Source: Halomicronema hongdechloris C2206 (GTDB taxonomy: Bacteria > Cyanobacteriota > Cyanobacteriia > Phormidesmidales > Phormidesmidaceae). From it: 32,000 nt of DNA. The position numbers were made by a program, and so were the translations under genes. This document shows, one piece after another, positions 1 through 8,234 of this stretch. The first letter of the stretch is position 1; each line of letters starts with the position of its first letter. Below the pieces are notes generated by a model, which worked only from the letters and a program-made list of their open reading frames with translations, searched no databases and was not told where the DNA came from. The DNA lies in assembly GCF_002075285.3 (NCBI RefSeq), contig NZ_CP021983.2:2700001-2732000 (forward strand). Direction: 5' to 3'.

Positions 1-417
1 GACGCTGATTTCATCCCCAGGGCGGCAATTGTAGCTGGAAATGCTCATGCGTTTACCGTTGACGGTGATATGGCCGTGATTCACCAGTTGTCTGGCCGCT
101 GGGATGGTAGGCGCAAAGCCTAACCGGAATACCGTGTTGTCTAGCCGCATTTCTAGCAACTGTAGTAGCACTTGCCCGGTGGACCCGACGGCTCGCCGAG
201 CTCTTTTCACGTACCGTAGCAATTGCTTTTCGGTCAGGCCGTAGTTGAAGCGAAGCTTTTGCTTCTCTTCCAAACGCACCGCATATTCAGTCTTCTTCTT
301 GCGAGCCTGTCCATGCTGCCCCGGAGGGTAGGACTTGCGGGCCGTTTTACGGCTTAGCCCCGGCAATTCCCCCAGGCGACGGACCACCCGCAGCCGTGGG
401 CCTCGATATCGCGCCAT
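1..417 (-). CDS. rpsD: 30S ribosomal protein S4, N-terminal part (3' end runs off the window)
   Basis: Reverse translation from ATG (complement of 415-417) reads [70 protein letters not shown]..., the classic S4 N-terminus. It is open to the window edge, so it is absent from the ORF track. Confidence 0.9.
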   Translation of the reverse strand, partial: MARYRGPRLRVVRRLGELPGLSRKTARKSYPPGQHGQARKKKTEYAVRLEEKQKLRFNYGLTEKQLLRYVKRARRAVGSTGQVLLQLLEMRLDNTVFRLGFAPTIPAARQLVNHGHITVNGKRMSISSYNCRPGDEISV

Positions 418-501
418 GTATGTTCTCTCCGCAAAGCTTTGCAAAGCTACAATTTTACTCTATGGGAAGGCATAAAACAAGCCTTGATAGCCATTACATC
501 G

Positions 502-729
502 TCAGGACGGGGTGTTTTGTACGTCTGGTTTTTCCTCAGGCAAAATGGCCCCTGCCACCGGACACACCTGCAGGCAGATGCCACAGTCGATGCAGGTGGC
601 AAAATCAATCCAGTACCAATCCGTGCCTTTGGCATTCTTGCCGGGCCCCTCGTGGATACAGGCAACTGGGCAGGCATCGACGCAATCGGCCACGCCCTCG
701 CAAACATTCGTCACAATCGTGTGGGGCAT
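502..729 (-). CDS. Small dicluster ferredoxin with 7Fe-type cysteine spacing (Cx6Cx3CP ... CxxCxxCxxxCP)
   Basis: 75-aa ORF MPHTIVTNVCEGVADCVDACPVACIHEG...CIDCGICLQVCPV. The overlapping ORFs at 396-782 are shadow frames. Confidence 0.85.
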   Translation of the reverse strand: MPHTIVTNVCEGVADCVDACPVACIHEGPGKNAKGTDWYWIDFATCIDCGICLQVCPVAGAILPEEKPDVQNTPS

Positions 730-790
730 GGAACTCCTCTCAATCGTCTATCAACGGGGTGACTGCTCATAGCCACCTCTAGTCCCTAAC

Positions 791-2041
791 CTAAGGTAAT
801 GTTTCAATTTCTGGCAATCCATCTGGCCCGATCCAAGCGATGCGATCAATCTGGCGCTGCTTGGCAATCATGCGGACGGTCTCGGCTGCCGGGGGATCCT
901 TGGCAGAGAGGGCCTCTAGATAGACTTCCACCCGCACCAGATTGGTGGCTTCGCGGATGGTCTGAGCGTAGGCGAAGGCGGCGGCAGCGGCGCTGGGTTG
1001 CAGCGGCACCACTAGCCAATCGCTGGCGGCGGTGGTTTGGGGTAATTGACCACTGGGCATGAGCACCTGATGCAGGGCTTCGATGCTGAGCATGAAGCCA
1101 ATGCCAGGATAGCTGATGTCCTCGGGATGAAAGACCCCGAGCAGGTTGTCATAGCGGCCGCCCTTGCCCAGCACCTGGCGAGCGGCGGTGTCGCTTACCA
1201 CTTCGAAGACTAGGCCGGTGTAGTAGTCAAAGGTCTCGATCAGGCTCAGGTCTAAGACCAGGGAGGGCATGGTGGCAGTGGCTCTCTGGGCAGTGGCCTC
1301 TTGTAGTAGCTCGACTAGGGTCTTTAAGCCCTCGACCATATGACGTTGCTCAGCACTTAGATCTAGGCCACTGACGGTCTGAAGCACGTCTTCAGGCCGC
1401 CCCCGCAGATCCATCAGTTGCAGGGCCCGTTGTCGTAGGTCTGCCTCTAGGGGTAGGATTTCTAGGGTAACTCGATCGAGATGTGCGATCGCACATCTCA
1501 CCGCCGCCCGGTGCTCCTGGGGAAACGGCGCCAACAACGACTGAGTCAGGCCGGCATTGCCCAGCACCAAATGCCAGCGGGCCAAGCCGAGATGCCGCAG
1601 GCTATCGATCACCAGCAACAGCATTTCCGCATCGGCCAAGCCGCCGCCAGTGCCCAGCAGTTCTACCCCAGCCTGATAGAGTTCCTGCTGCTGCCCATGG
1701 CTGCCCTGGGCAGCGCGGCGAAAGACATTGGCGACATAGTACAGCCGCTGCGGATAACTCACCCGAGCCATGCGAGTCACCGCCGTGCGGGCAATGGAGG
1801 CCGTCAATTCTGGCCGTAGTCCCAACCGTTGGGTTGAGGTTCCCTGCAACTCGATTACCGTCGTCTGGTCGATAGCGCCCCCCGCCATCAGGGTTTCCAG
1901 GCTCTCCACCGTGGAGGTAATGATGCGCTGATAACTCCAACGTTGGAATACCTGCTCCAGGCGCTCTTCGATCCAATGTTTCTGGGCAACATCTAAGGGC
2001 AATAGATCCCGAGCCCCAGACGGTGGCTGGTAAACCATCAA
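791..2041 (-). CDS. hisZ: ATP phosphoribosyltransferase regulatory subunit (HisRS paralog)
   Basis: 416 aa. Motifs GARDLLPLD, LMAGGAI, LGLRPELTASIARTA and QAGVELLG are typical of HisZ rather than catalytic HisS. There is a 4-nt overlap with the upstream TPR ORF. Confidence 0.8.
   Translation of the reverse strand: MMVYQPPSGARDLLPLDVAQKHWIEERLEQVFQRWSYQRIITSTVESLETLMAGGAIDQTTVIELQGTSTQRLGLRPELTASIARTAVTRMARVSYPQRLYYVANVFRRAAQGSHGQQQELYQAGVELLGTGGGLADAEMLLLVIDSLRHLGLARWHLVLGNAGLTQSLLAPFPQEHRAAVRCAIAHLDRVTLEILPLEADLRQRALQLMDLRGRPEDVLQTVSGLDLSAEQRHMVEGLKTLVELLQEATAQRATATMPSLVLDLSLIETFDYYTGLVFEVVSDTAARQVLGKGGRYDNLLGVFHPEDISYPGIGFMLSIEALHQVLMPSGQLPQTTAASDWLVVPLQPSAAAAAFAYAQTIREATNLVRVEVYLEALSAKDPPAAETVRMIAKQRQIDRIAWIGPDGLPEIETLP
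1478..1499. repeat. 22-bp perfect palindrome centred on a HIP1 octamer (GCGATCGC at 1485-1492), preceded by a 10-bp palindrome CTCGATCGAG (1471-1480)
   Basis: gagatgtgcgatcgcacatctc equals its own reverse complement. Other exact HIP1 copies start at 4813, 7378, 8326, 11438, 11651, 18421, 19433, 21491, 23249, 23407, 24411, 29725 and 30048. Confidence 0.9.
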
Positions 2042-2379
2042 TTCTTCCTACCGCCGAAGAGTCCAAACAGCCCGCCGCCAGACTGCTTATTCTGGTTATT
2101 TTTCCGTTTAGACGAACTCGACTGATGGCCGGCGCGGGCTAGGGCCTGCTGCACCGATTGGGCAACGGTGTCGTTAGCATTCAGGTCTAGGGCCCGTTTG
2201 ACATGGACCCGGGCCATAGTCGGTTGCCCTGCTTTTAGATAGATACTGGCCAGGTGGCTATGGCAAGCGGCATTGGTCGGGTGGGCCTGCAGCGCTTCCC
2301 GCAACTCCAAAATCGCCTTGGCATAATCCTTCTTGTATTCGAAGGTGCGGGCTCGGTTGATATAGCTCTCCAGGATCAC
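2038..2379 (-). CDS. TPR-like repeat protein, or the C-terminal part of a J-domain/TPR protein (see findings)
   Basis: 113-aa ORF from GTG. The sequence YKKDYAKAILELREALQAHPTNAACHSHLASIYLKAGQPTMARVHVKRALDLN is TPR-like, followed by a basic, Gly-rich tail. Its frame stays open about 50 codons upstream of the GTG. Confidence 0.6.
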   Translation of the reverse strand: MILESYINRARTFEYKKDYAKAILELREALQAHPTNAACHSHLASIYLKAGQPTMARVHVKRALDLNANDTVAQSVQQALARAGHQSSSSKRKNNQNKQSGGGLFGLFGGRKN

Positions 2380-2975
2380 CTCTCGATGCCGGCGGGGGGG
2401 GGGCGGTGGAGCGGTGGAGGCAGCTGGTGACGACGCTGCCGTCTCAGTAGACCCTGTCCCGGCGCGGATGGGGAGGACTGTCCCGGCGGGGACGACGTAT
2501 CCGTCTGCGCCCGCCGCATCAAATAGACCAAATTGAGCTCACTGATCTGGCCGATGACGTCGAAGACATGCTCCAGGGAATCATACTGTTTACCCGCCAG
2601 AGTTTGCAGCGCCTCTGAGTAGGCAAACTCCAGATTCTTAGAGCTTGCTAACTGCTGAGCCACATCCGTATCCAGGGCAATCGTAGCCATCTGATTATTC
2701 AGCTGTCGTCCCTTCAGCTTCAGCAGCAGGGCGTACTCGTTGGCCGCCTTTTCGTCGCTGAGCTTCTCGTAGGCGGGGTTGACCAACTTAGAGAGCAATT
2801 CGCTGGCCCGCTGGCGGGCCTCACCATGGGCCGATGCCAGCGTATCGGGGTGCAGCTTGCGGGCAATTCTCAGATACCGCTTGCGCACCTGCTTGGGATC
2901 AGCCTCTACGGAGACTCCCAAGATGGCGTGGTAATCTGTGAAGTCTTGTTTGAACAAACCTTGCTCAATATTCAT
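2376..2975 (-). CDS. J-domain (DnaJ-like, type III) protein
   Basis: DYHAILGVSVEADPKQVRKRYLRIARKLHPD carries the HPD motif. The C-terminal 25 aa (LLRRQRRHQLPPPLHRPPPAGIER) look like out-of-frame sequence. Confidence 0.8.
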   Translation of the reverse strand: MNIEQGLFKQDFTDYHAILGVSVEADPKQVRKRYLRIARKLHPDTLASAHGEARQRASELLSKLVNPAYEKLSDEKAANEYALLLKLKGRQLNNQMATIALDTDVAQQLASSKNLEFAYSEALQTLAGKQYDSLEHVFDVIGQISELNLVYLMRRAQTDTSSPPGQSSPSAPGQGLLRRQRRHQLPPPLHRPPPAGIER

Positions 2976-3105
2976 GTGCCTGCTGTGGTCGCGGCCGGGC
3001 TGGGGAATTCTTTTTAGTCTACTCTGCCTCCCCTAGTTTAGCGATGCCTTGCCGGGGGGATTAATTCAATCTCACATTAAGGCCTACGCCGCGACAATCG
3101 AGATC

Positions 3106-3163
3106 GGGAGGGAAGTGGGGGGAGTGGGGGAGTGGGGGAGTCTTGAGTTTTGAATTTTGAGTT
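3106..3163. repeat. G-rich heptamer array (GGGGGAGT-type, 3106-3140) followed by a TTTTGAR heptamer array (3145-3163)
   Basis: gggagggaagtggggggagtgggggagtgggggag, then gagttttgaattttgagtt. Related TTTTGAR arrays occur at 22050-22089 and 30455-30485. Confidence 0.8.
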
Positions 3164-3435
3164 CTCTCGGTGATGATTGCATTCAACCCTCAACGCTAGT
3201 CATTCAAAACTCTCTTGCCTGTTCATGCCTGTCTCTGCGTTGGTTGACTCGTCAGGCAGAAAAGCCCCTAACAGCTATGACCAATGACCCGCGAATCAAG
3301 ACTGACTAGATCGCTGAGACACGTGTCTTTTTCAGTTTTCTGTCTTCTGCCTTATCTCTTCTGTCTTTGGCCTAGGCCCTTCCCCCGGGTGAGCCCCCAG
3401 AGCCACCCAATTAAGCGTAGTCTTAGCGAGGGGTA

Positions 3436-4274
3436 TCACGCTTTGCCAAAGAACTCGACCGGCAGGGGCCGAATCCGTTGCAGTTCTGCGCTCATGGCCC
3501 CATGAATGGCGCCATTGCTGGCCAGGATGCGCCCGGATTCTATCGCAAAGGGGCCCTGATCATAGGCGGTTACCCGGCCACCGGCTTCTTCCACCAGCAC
3601 CACGCCGGCGGCTAGGTCCCAGGGGGACAGCCCCCGCTCCCAGTAGCCATCGAGGCGGCCACAGGCGACATAGGCCAGATCAATAGAGGCGGCCCCGCCC
3701 CGGCGCACGCCCCGAGTCAGGTGGGTAAAGCGGCAGAATTCGGCGTAGTTGGTATCGATGGTTTCCTGGCGGTCGTAGGCGAAGCCGGTCACCAGTAAAC
3801 TCGCCGGCAAATCCTGGGTGGTAGAGACCCGAATCGGGTGACGGTTGCGGGTTGCCCCCAGCCCCTTTGCCGCCCGAAATAGATCGCGGTGGATGGGGTC
3901 ATATACGGCGCCGACGGCGGGGTCGCCATCGACTAGCAGCCCCACGGAGGCGGCAGAGAAGGGATATTGATGGGCATAGTTGGTGGTGCCATCGAGGGGG
4001 TCAATGGCCCATAGGAAGGGGCTGCTGTCTTTGCCCCCCCGGCCCGATTCTTCGGCCAAGAGGCCATGCTCTGGAACATGACGCTCCAGGACCTGTAGGA
4101 TTTCAGTCTCGGCGGCTTTGTCGGCGGCCGTGACCAGATCGCCGGGGCGCCCCTTTTGCTCAATGCTGTCGAGCTTGCCCCAATAGGATTCCAAGGATGG
4201 CGCCGGCGGCCAAGGCTGCCCTCTGAGGCAATGTCTAGAAGACGCAGTAACTCGCTTTGGGAAAGGGATGTCAT
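3436..4274 (-). CDS. Inositol monophosphatase family protein (SuhB/HisN-like); N-terminus split over three frames
   Basis: WAIDPLDGTTNYAHQYPF, LLVTGFAYD and GAASIDLAYVACGRLDGYWE. The intact ORF is 3436-4194 (TTG). The recognisable N-terminus MTSLSQSELLRLLDIASE starts at ATG 4274 in another frame. Confidence 0.8.
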
Positions 4275-4322
4275 AGGCGAATGGGGTCGGTAGGTGCTGG
4301 GTCGGTCCGTTAGCGCCGGGGC

Positions 4323-4691
4323 TCAGTCATCCTCTAGGGGCAGACCAGGGCGAACCTTGCCTTTACCAAAGTAACGGCCAAATTGTAATTCGTAGACTTC
4401 GTCTTCATCTTGAGTCTCGACCTCTAGGTCGGAGCGGGGATAGGCCACGCAGAGGAGGGCATAGCCCTGGGCCCGTAGATCCGGGGATAGGCCCATGGCC
4501 TCGGGTTGATAGAGGTCTCCGGAGAGGACCCGGGCGGCACAGGTGGTACAGGCGCCGTTGCGACAGGAGAAGGGCAGCTCGGCGTGTTGGTCTTCGGCGG
4601 TCTGCAGAATGTAGCGATCTTCAGGCACCTCGATGGTGTAGGTCCGGTGTTGTTGGCGATGGTGAATGCGAACGCGGTGGCAAGGAGGCAT
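4323..4691 (-). CDS. Plant-type [2Fe-2S] ferredoxin with C-terminal extension (FdC2-like)
   Basis: SCRNGACTTCAARVLSG...LLCVAYP gives Cx4Cx2C...C spacing, with a long acidic/basic C-terminal tail. I prefer the start MPPCHRVRIHH (4691); the longest ORF begins at 4730. Confidence 0.8.
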   Translation of the reverse strand: MPPCHRVRIHHRQQHRTYTIEVPEDRYILQTAEDQHAELPFSCRNGACTTCAARVLSGDLYQPEAMGLSPDLRAQGYALLCVAYPRSDLEVETQDEDEVYELQFGRYFGKGKVRPGLPLEDD

Positions 4692-4864
4692 AGTCAGGGT
4701 GCGGCAACGACTGGAAAATGATGGCCCCATGGTCGGCCAGTAGCCACGATGGCAAACCCCATTTCCCCTAAGGTCATGCTCGCACGAAAGATTGGCGAAT
4801 TTAAGGGCAGATGCGATCGCAAATCTGATACGATAACAATTCGTGACAGCCTGAATATGTCCCT

Positions 4865-4951
4865 GGAGAGGTGGCCGAGTGGTTTAAGGCGCAGCACTGG
4901 AAATGCTGTTTAGGGGCAACTCTAACGAGGGTTCGAATCCCTCCCTCTCCG
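4865..4951 (+). tRNA. tRNA-Ser (anticodon GGA), class II with long variable arm, no encoded CCA
   Basis: Acceptor GGAGAGG/CCTCTCC; anticodon stem CAGCA/TGCTG with loop CTGGAAA; T-arm GAGGG-TTCGAAT-CCCTC; discriminator G. Confidence 0.9.
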
Positions 4952-4982
4952 TTCGCTTAGCCTCGAACATCACTCAACCAGA

Positions 4983-5106
4983 CTCAGAGGGCATTTGAAA
5001 ACTCGGCTGAAAGCCCTGTAGGGTAAGCGTTTTAGAGCGTATGGCTCTGTTGGCCAGAATCCAGTCTGGAGCAAGGTTGCGGGGTACTTTCCAAATATCC
5101 TCTCAG
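4983..5106. repeat. MITE-like element, long copy (124 bp), with imperfect terminal inverted repeats and a 62-bp internal insert
   Basis: The arms ctcagagggcatttgaaaactcggctgaaag and gttgcggggtactttccaaatatcctctcag match the reverse complement of 8145-8206 at about 28/31 and 29/31. Confidence 0.75.
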
Positions 5107-5131
5107 GCTAAACGCTGGCCCTGCAGCCGAC

Positions 5132-5605
5132 TCAGTTATCCCCCTCTGCAGGCGTTGCCGTTTCCAGTTGCTGAATCTGGTCCTGCAGCAACTCTAGCCG
5201 CCGCTGATTGGACTGCACCGTATCGGTGAGGCTGGTCAACTCCTCTGGCACATCTTCCCGCAGGGTCTGCAGCTGCTCTTGCTGCCGTTGCAGCTCAGTT
5301 TCCATGGTTTCAAGCTGCTCCAGCATGGCGGCGTTGGCCTCGGCGGCTTGTTCCGTCTCCCGCTGCACGATTTGCTCTTGCACCAATAGGCGATAGGCAA
5401 ACCACCCCGAGATGCCGATGGCCAACAATACCGCGATTACCAACCCCGACACCAGGGTTTGCACCAGTCCTCGCAGTCGGTTGGTTCGACCCTGTAGCTC
5501 TTCTAGGTTAGATTTAAGGGCCTGCTGTTGCTCCTGTAGCATGGCCAGCACGTCGTCCTGATGCTGGGGATTGGGCGTGGACTCGGACGGGGATGGAGTA
5601 TTCAT
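5132..5605 (-). CDS. Hypothetical coiled-coil protein with one central transmembrane helix
   Basis: 157-aa ORF. Q/E/L-rich heptad-like segments flank LVSGLVIAVLLAIGISGWFAY. No family recognised. Confidence 0.55.
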   Translation of the reverse strand: MNTPSPSESTPNPQHQDDVLAMLQEQQQALKSNLEELQGRTNRLRGLVQTLVSGLVIAVLLAIGISGWFAYRLLVQEQIVQRETEQAAEANAAMLEQLETMETELQRQQEQLQTLREDVPEELTSLTDTVQSNQRRLELLQDQIQQLETATPAEGDN

Positions 5606-5622
5606 AAAAATCTGCTGAAGGT

Positions 5623-5655
5623 GAGAGCGTCATTAGAGCGTCACTAGAGCGTCAT
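5623..5655. repeat. 3 x 11-bp tandem repeat (gagagcgtcat/tagagcgtcac/tagagcgtcat)
   Basis: Read directly. It spans the stop codon of the MscS gene and the intergenic gap. Confidence 0.8.
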
Positions 5656-6765
5656 CGGCGAATCGATGTACACCGTCGGTTCCGGTACGACAAATCGCAA
5701 ATTTTGAGCGGCCAGGCGCTGGGCAATGGCAGAATTCGCCAGATCTAAGAGTCGCTTGCGTAATTCCAGAGAATTCTCGGTGGGGCTAGTGATAAAAAAG
5801 AACACCCGGGCTCGGGTGGCAGGATACTTGGGCTCATCGGTGGTGCCATATTGAACCCGGGTACTGGTCTTGTCGAAGCCCCAGAAAAAGCGGCTTTCCT
5901 GTTCGATGGTACGGGTTACCAGGGCTTGCTCGTCCACCCGTAGTTGCCTGGAAAAGTCTAGGCACAGCATGGCCATGGTCTTTTTCCCCCGGCTGACATT
6001 TTCGATGTTTTTACCGGCCATGGTGGAGTTGGGCACAATCATCATCGTGTTTTGAGCGACAATGCGAATCTTGGTGGAGCGCAATCCAATGGCTTCCACT
6101 AAGCCATAGACATCCTCTCCGTAGGGATTGAAGTTGACTCGAATGTATTCTCCAGATACATAGGGACGATCCAGATAGAGTTCTAGGGTGCCAAACAGGC
6201 GGCCTAGGGTTTGTTGAGCGGCAAAGGCAATGGCGACGCCACTGATACCAACGCTAGCGCCGAGGGCGATCAAATTCACCCGCAGGCCAATGGCAAACAC
6301 GATGATGGCCAAGATGATGATCAATACGTAGATCAAGGTTTCAAAAATCAGCACCACTTCGCTGACTTCACCAAACCAGCGATTGACCAGGCCAATGACG
6401 GAACGATGAATGATCTGGCGGGCCAGTTTGGAGGCGAACCAGATGATGCAAACAGATAGGGCGGAATAGACAAAAACGCCTAAAAAGTTGTAGAGATCCT
6501 CGTACTGAATCAGCACATTCAGGCAGATGGCAATGAAGGCGAAGGCCCCGGTCAAGGTGAGAGAATTTTGAAACGGTTGAATGTAGCTTTCATAGACCGA
6601 TTTATCATCGGTAATCTGATAGTTACCCAGTAGTTTTACCCCCCTACTGATTAGTCCCAATAACCATCGCCCCACGACGGGAGAGATGGCCACGGCCAAG
6701 GAAAATAACACTAGCCTTGTCATCAGCTCCAAGACATAGTGTAGTATTTCGCGCTCGATGGGCAT
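5644..6765 (-). CDS. Mechanosensitive ion channel (MscS family) protein
   Basis: 373 aa. N-terminal TM helices, then ...GVAIAFAAQQTLGRLFGTLELYLDRPYVSGEYIRV...GLVEAIGLRSTKIR, the MscS TM3/beta-domain signature. Confidence 0.85.
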   Translation of the reverse strand: MPIEREILHYVLELMTRLVLFSLAVAISPVVGRWLLGLISRGVKLLGNYQITDDKSVYESYIQPFQNSLTLTGAFAFIAICLNVLIQYEDLYNFLGVFVYSALSVCIIWFASKLARQIIHRSVIGLVNRWFGEVSEVVLIFETLIYVLIIILAIIVFAIGLRVNLIALGASVGISGVAIAFAAQQTLGRLFGTLELYLDRPYVSGEYIRVNFNPYGEDVYGLVEAIGLRSTKIRIVAQNTMMIVPNSTMAGKNIENVSRGKKTMAMLCLDFSRQLRVDEQALVTRTIEQESRFFWGFDKTSTRVQYGTTDEPKYPATRARVFFFITSPTENSLELRKRLLDLANSAIAQRLAAQNLRFVVPEPTVYIDSPMTL

Positions 6766-6806
6766 CGTGTCTAATCCTTCATAAAGCTGGATAAGGTGGC
6801 TATCCC

Positions 6807-7940
6807 TTAAACGTTCATCGGTTGATTGATGTCGATGATGCTTTCTTTGATATCGAAGCTGATGTCATAGACTTGCAGTTGTTGGATAATATTCTCCCGC
6901 GCCATTTCTAGGAGGCCCTTACGTAATTCCATGGACGTGGCTGTGGCCCCCAAGATGAAGAAAATCACCTGAGCCTGGACATAGGCCTGGCCCGAGGGGT
7001 CGCTGAGGGGTTCGAAAGTGACCTGGGTGAGCTGATGGTCGATGCCTAAGATATCGCGGCTGCTCTCTAGGAGCAGTTGCTCGATCAGGGCTTGTTCTTC
7101 ATTGGCCATGGAGCGCGGGAAGGTCAATGTCACCATGGAGATCACCCGTTGGGCATTGGTCAGATTCTCGATGCTCACCTGCGCCAGGTTGCTGTTGGGC
7201 ACCACCATCAAGGTATTTTTGCCGGATAGGCGAATTTTGGTGGAGCGCCAGCCGGTGGATTCTACTTTACCCAGGGTGCGGTCGGGTAGGTGAATGTGGT
7301 CGCCGACGGTGAAGGGGCGATCGATATATAGCACGATGCTCCAGAGGATCTGCTCGACGATCTTTTGGGAGCCAAATGCGATCGCAAATCCCCCCACCCC
7401 CAAACTGGCGAATAACCCCACCAGGTTATAGCGATGGGCCTGGGCGTAAAAGAAAACCACCACCAACACAATGGCGGCCTTGCTGACGAATTTACCCAGG
7501 GTCAGCAACTCGGTGTTGATCTTGGCTTCCTCTTCCAGGGTCGCCCCCAGCACATAAGTATCAAACAGTTCAGAAAACAGCTTGAACCCCAGTAATGTGA
7601 CACTGACGGCCAGCAGAAAACTCAGCAACCCCTCCAGCCCCACCAGCCAAGGGGGCATGGGATTAGCCAGCACCAGCAGATCCACGCCGGTGGCGGCAAC
7701 GGCCGCCAGCAGCCAGCCCCGATAGGGAGACACCACCGTCTGCAAGACCTCCAGAGGCTGGTCTAGCTGCAGTTGCTGGGCCCAGGGCTGAGCCAAATTG
7801 AGCCACCGCCGCCGCGAGATAGCAACCCCCCAGAGCACCCCCAACAGCACCGTCAGCCCCAGCAGCACCACGACGATGCCAATCACCACATCGGGCAAAT
7901 CGAGGCTGAGGCCAATGGCTCGTAAGAAACGCTTGATCAT
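6807..7940 (-). CDS. Mechanosensitive ion channel (MscS family) protein, tandem paralog
   Basis: 377 aa. GGFAIAFGSQKIVEQILWSIVLYIDRPFTVGDHIHL...GKVESTGWRSTKIR has the same architecture as the neighbouring gene. Confidence 0.85.
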   Translation of the reverse strand: MIKRFLRAIGLSLDLPDVVIGIVVVLLGLTVLLGVLWGVAISRRRWLNLAQPWAQQLQLDQPLEVLQTVVSPYRGWLLAAVAATGVDLLVLANPMPPWLVGLEGLLSFLLAVSVTLLGFKLFSELFDTYVLGATLEEEAKINTELLTLGKFVSKAAIVLVVVFFYAQAHRYNLVGLFASLGVGGFAIAFGSQKIVEQILWSIVLYIDRPFTVGDHIHLPDRTLGKVESTGWRSTKIRLSGKNTLMVVPNSNLAQVSIENLTNAQRVISMVTLTFPRSMANEEQALIEQLLLESSRDILGIDHQLTQVTFEPLSDPSGQAYVQAQVIFFILGATATSMELRKGLLEMARENIIQQLQVYDISFDIKESIIDINQPMNV

Positions 7941-8144
7941 GGTCTATCCCCAACGCCACTGCCAGCGTCGCGCCAGACGCCCCCATCGCGAGCGCCTACC
8001 TACCGCTGGCCAATTCTTGACCGGTCCGGCTCGGTAGAGTTGCCTGGCGGGACAGGCTCACTATCGAGCCAGACTCAGTGTAAATCCCCTGGGATTATCG
8101 CAGACGCAGCTGGCAACCGCCTAAAGAGTGGCGGTAGTGACTAG

Positions 8145-8206
8145 CTGAGAGGATGTTTGGAAAGTACCCTGCAACCTTTCAGCCGAGTTCCCAAATGTCC
8201 TCTGAG
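8145..8206. repeat. MITE-like element, short copy (62 bp), inverted relative to 4983-5106
   Basis: ctgagaggatgtttggaaagtaccctgcaacctttcagccgagttcccaaatgtcctctgag. The terminal arms are inverted repeats of each other (about 15/19). Confidence 0.75.
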
Positions 8207-8234
8207 GGCAGACTTTTGGCATCCCCGGCGAAGG

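Noticed and set aside
396-782. Four overlapping ORFs (86-128 aa) on both strands around the small ferredoxin
   Set aside because: Only the 75-aa minus ORF (502-729) has a protein signature, the Cys clusters. The others are shadow frames of a GC-rich region.
1481-2066. ORFs antisense to or out of frame with hisZ. Similar shadow ORFs occur at 7663-7986, 8583-9140, 9734-10597, 11393-11740, 11819-12184, 20088-20592, 28913-29620 and 29720-30010.
   Set aside because: They are typical stop-poor alternative frames of GC-rich coding DNA, with R/P/A/G-rich translations and no motifs, and each is nested in a well-supported gene.
3316-3335. Palindrome agacacgtgtct followed by TTTTT, considered as an intrinsic terminator or sRNA 3' end
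   Set aside because: The palindrome has no loop, so the effective stem is 4-5 bp, and no upstream plus-strand gene or promoter is evident.
5041-5229. 62-aa plus-strand ORF downstream of tRNA-Ser
   Set aside because: It starts inside the MITE-like repeat and runs antisense into the coiled-coil gene. It shows no coding signature.
5623-5655. Tandem 11-bp repeats and the heptamer arrays, considered as a CRISPR array
   Set aside because: The units are 7-11 bp with no spacers and total under 60 bp. There are no cas genes in the window.
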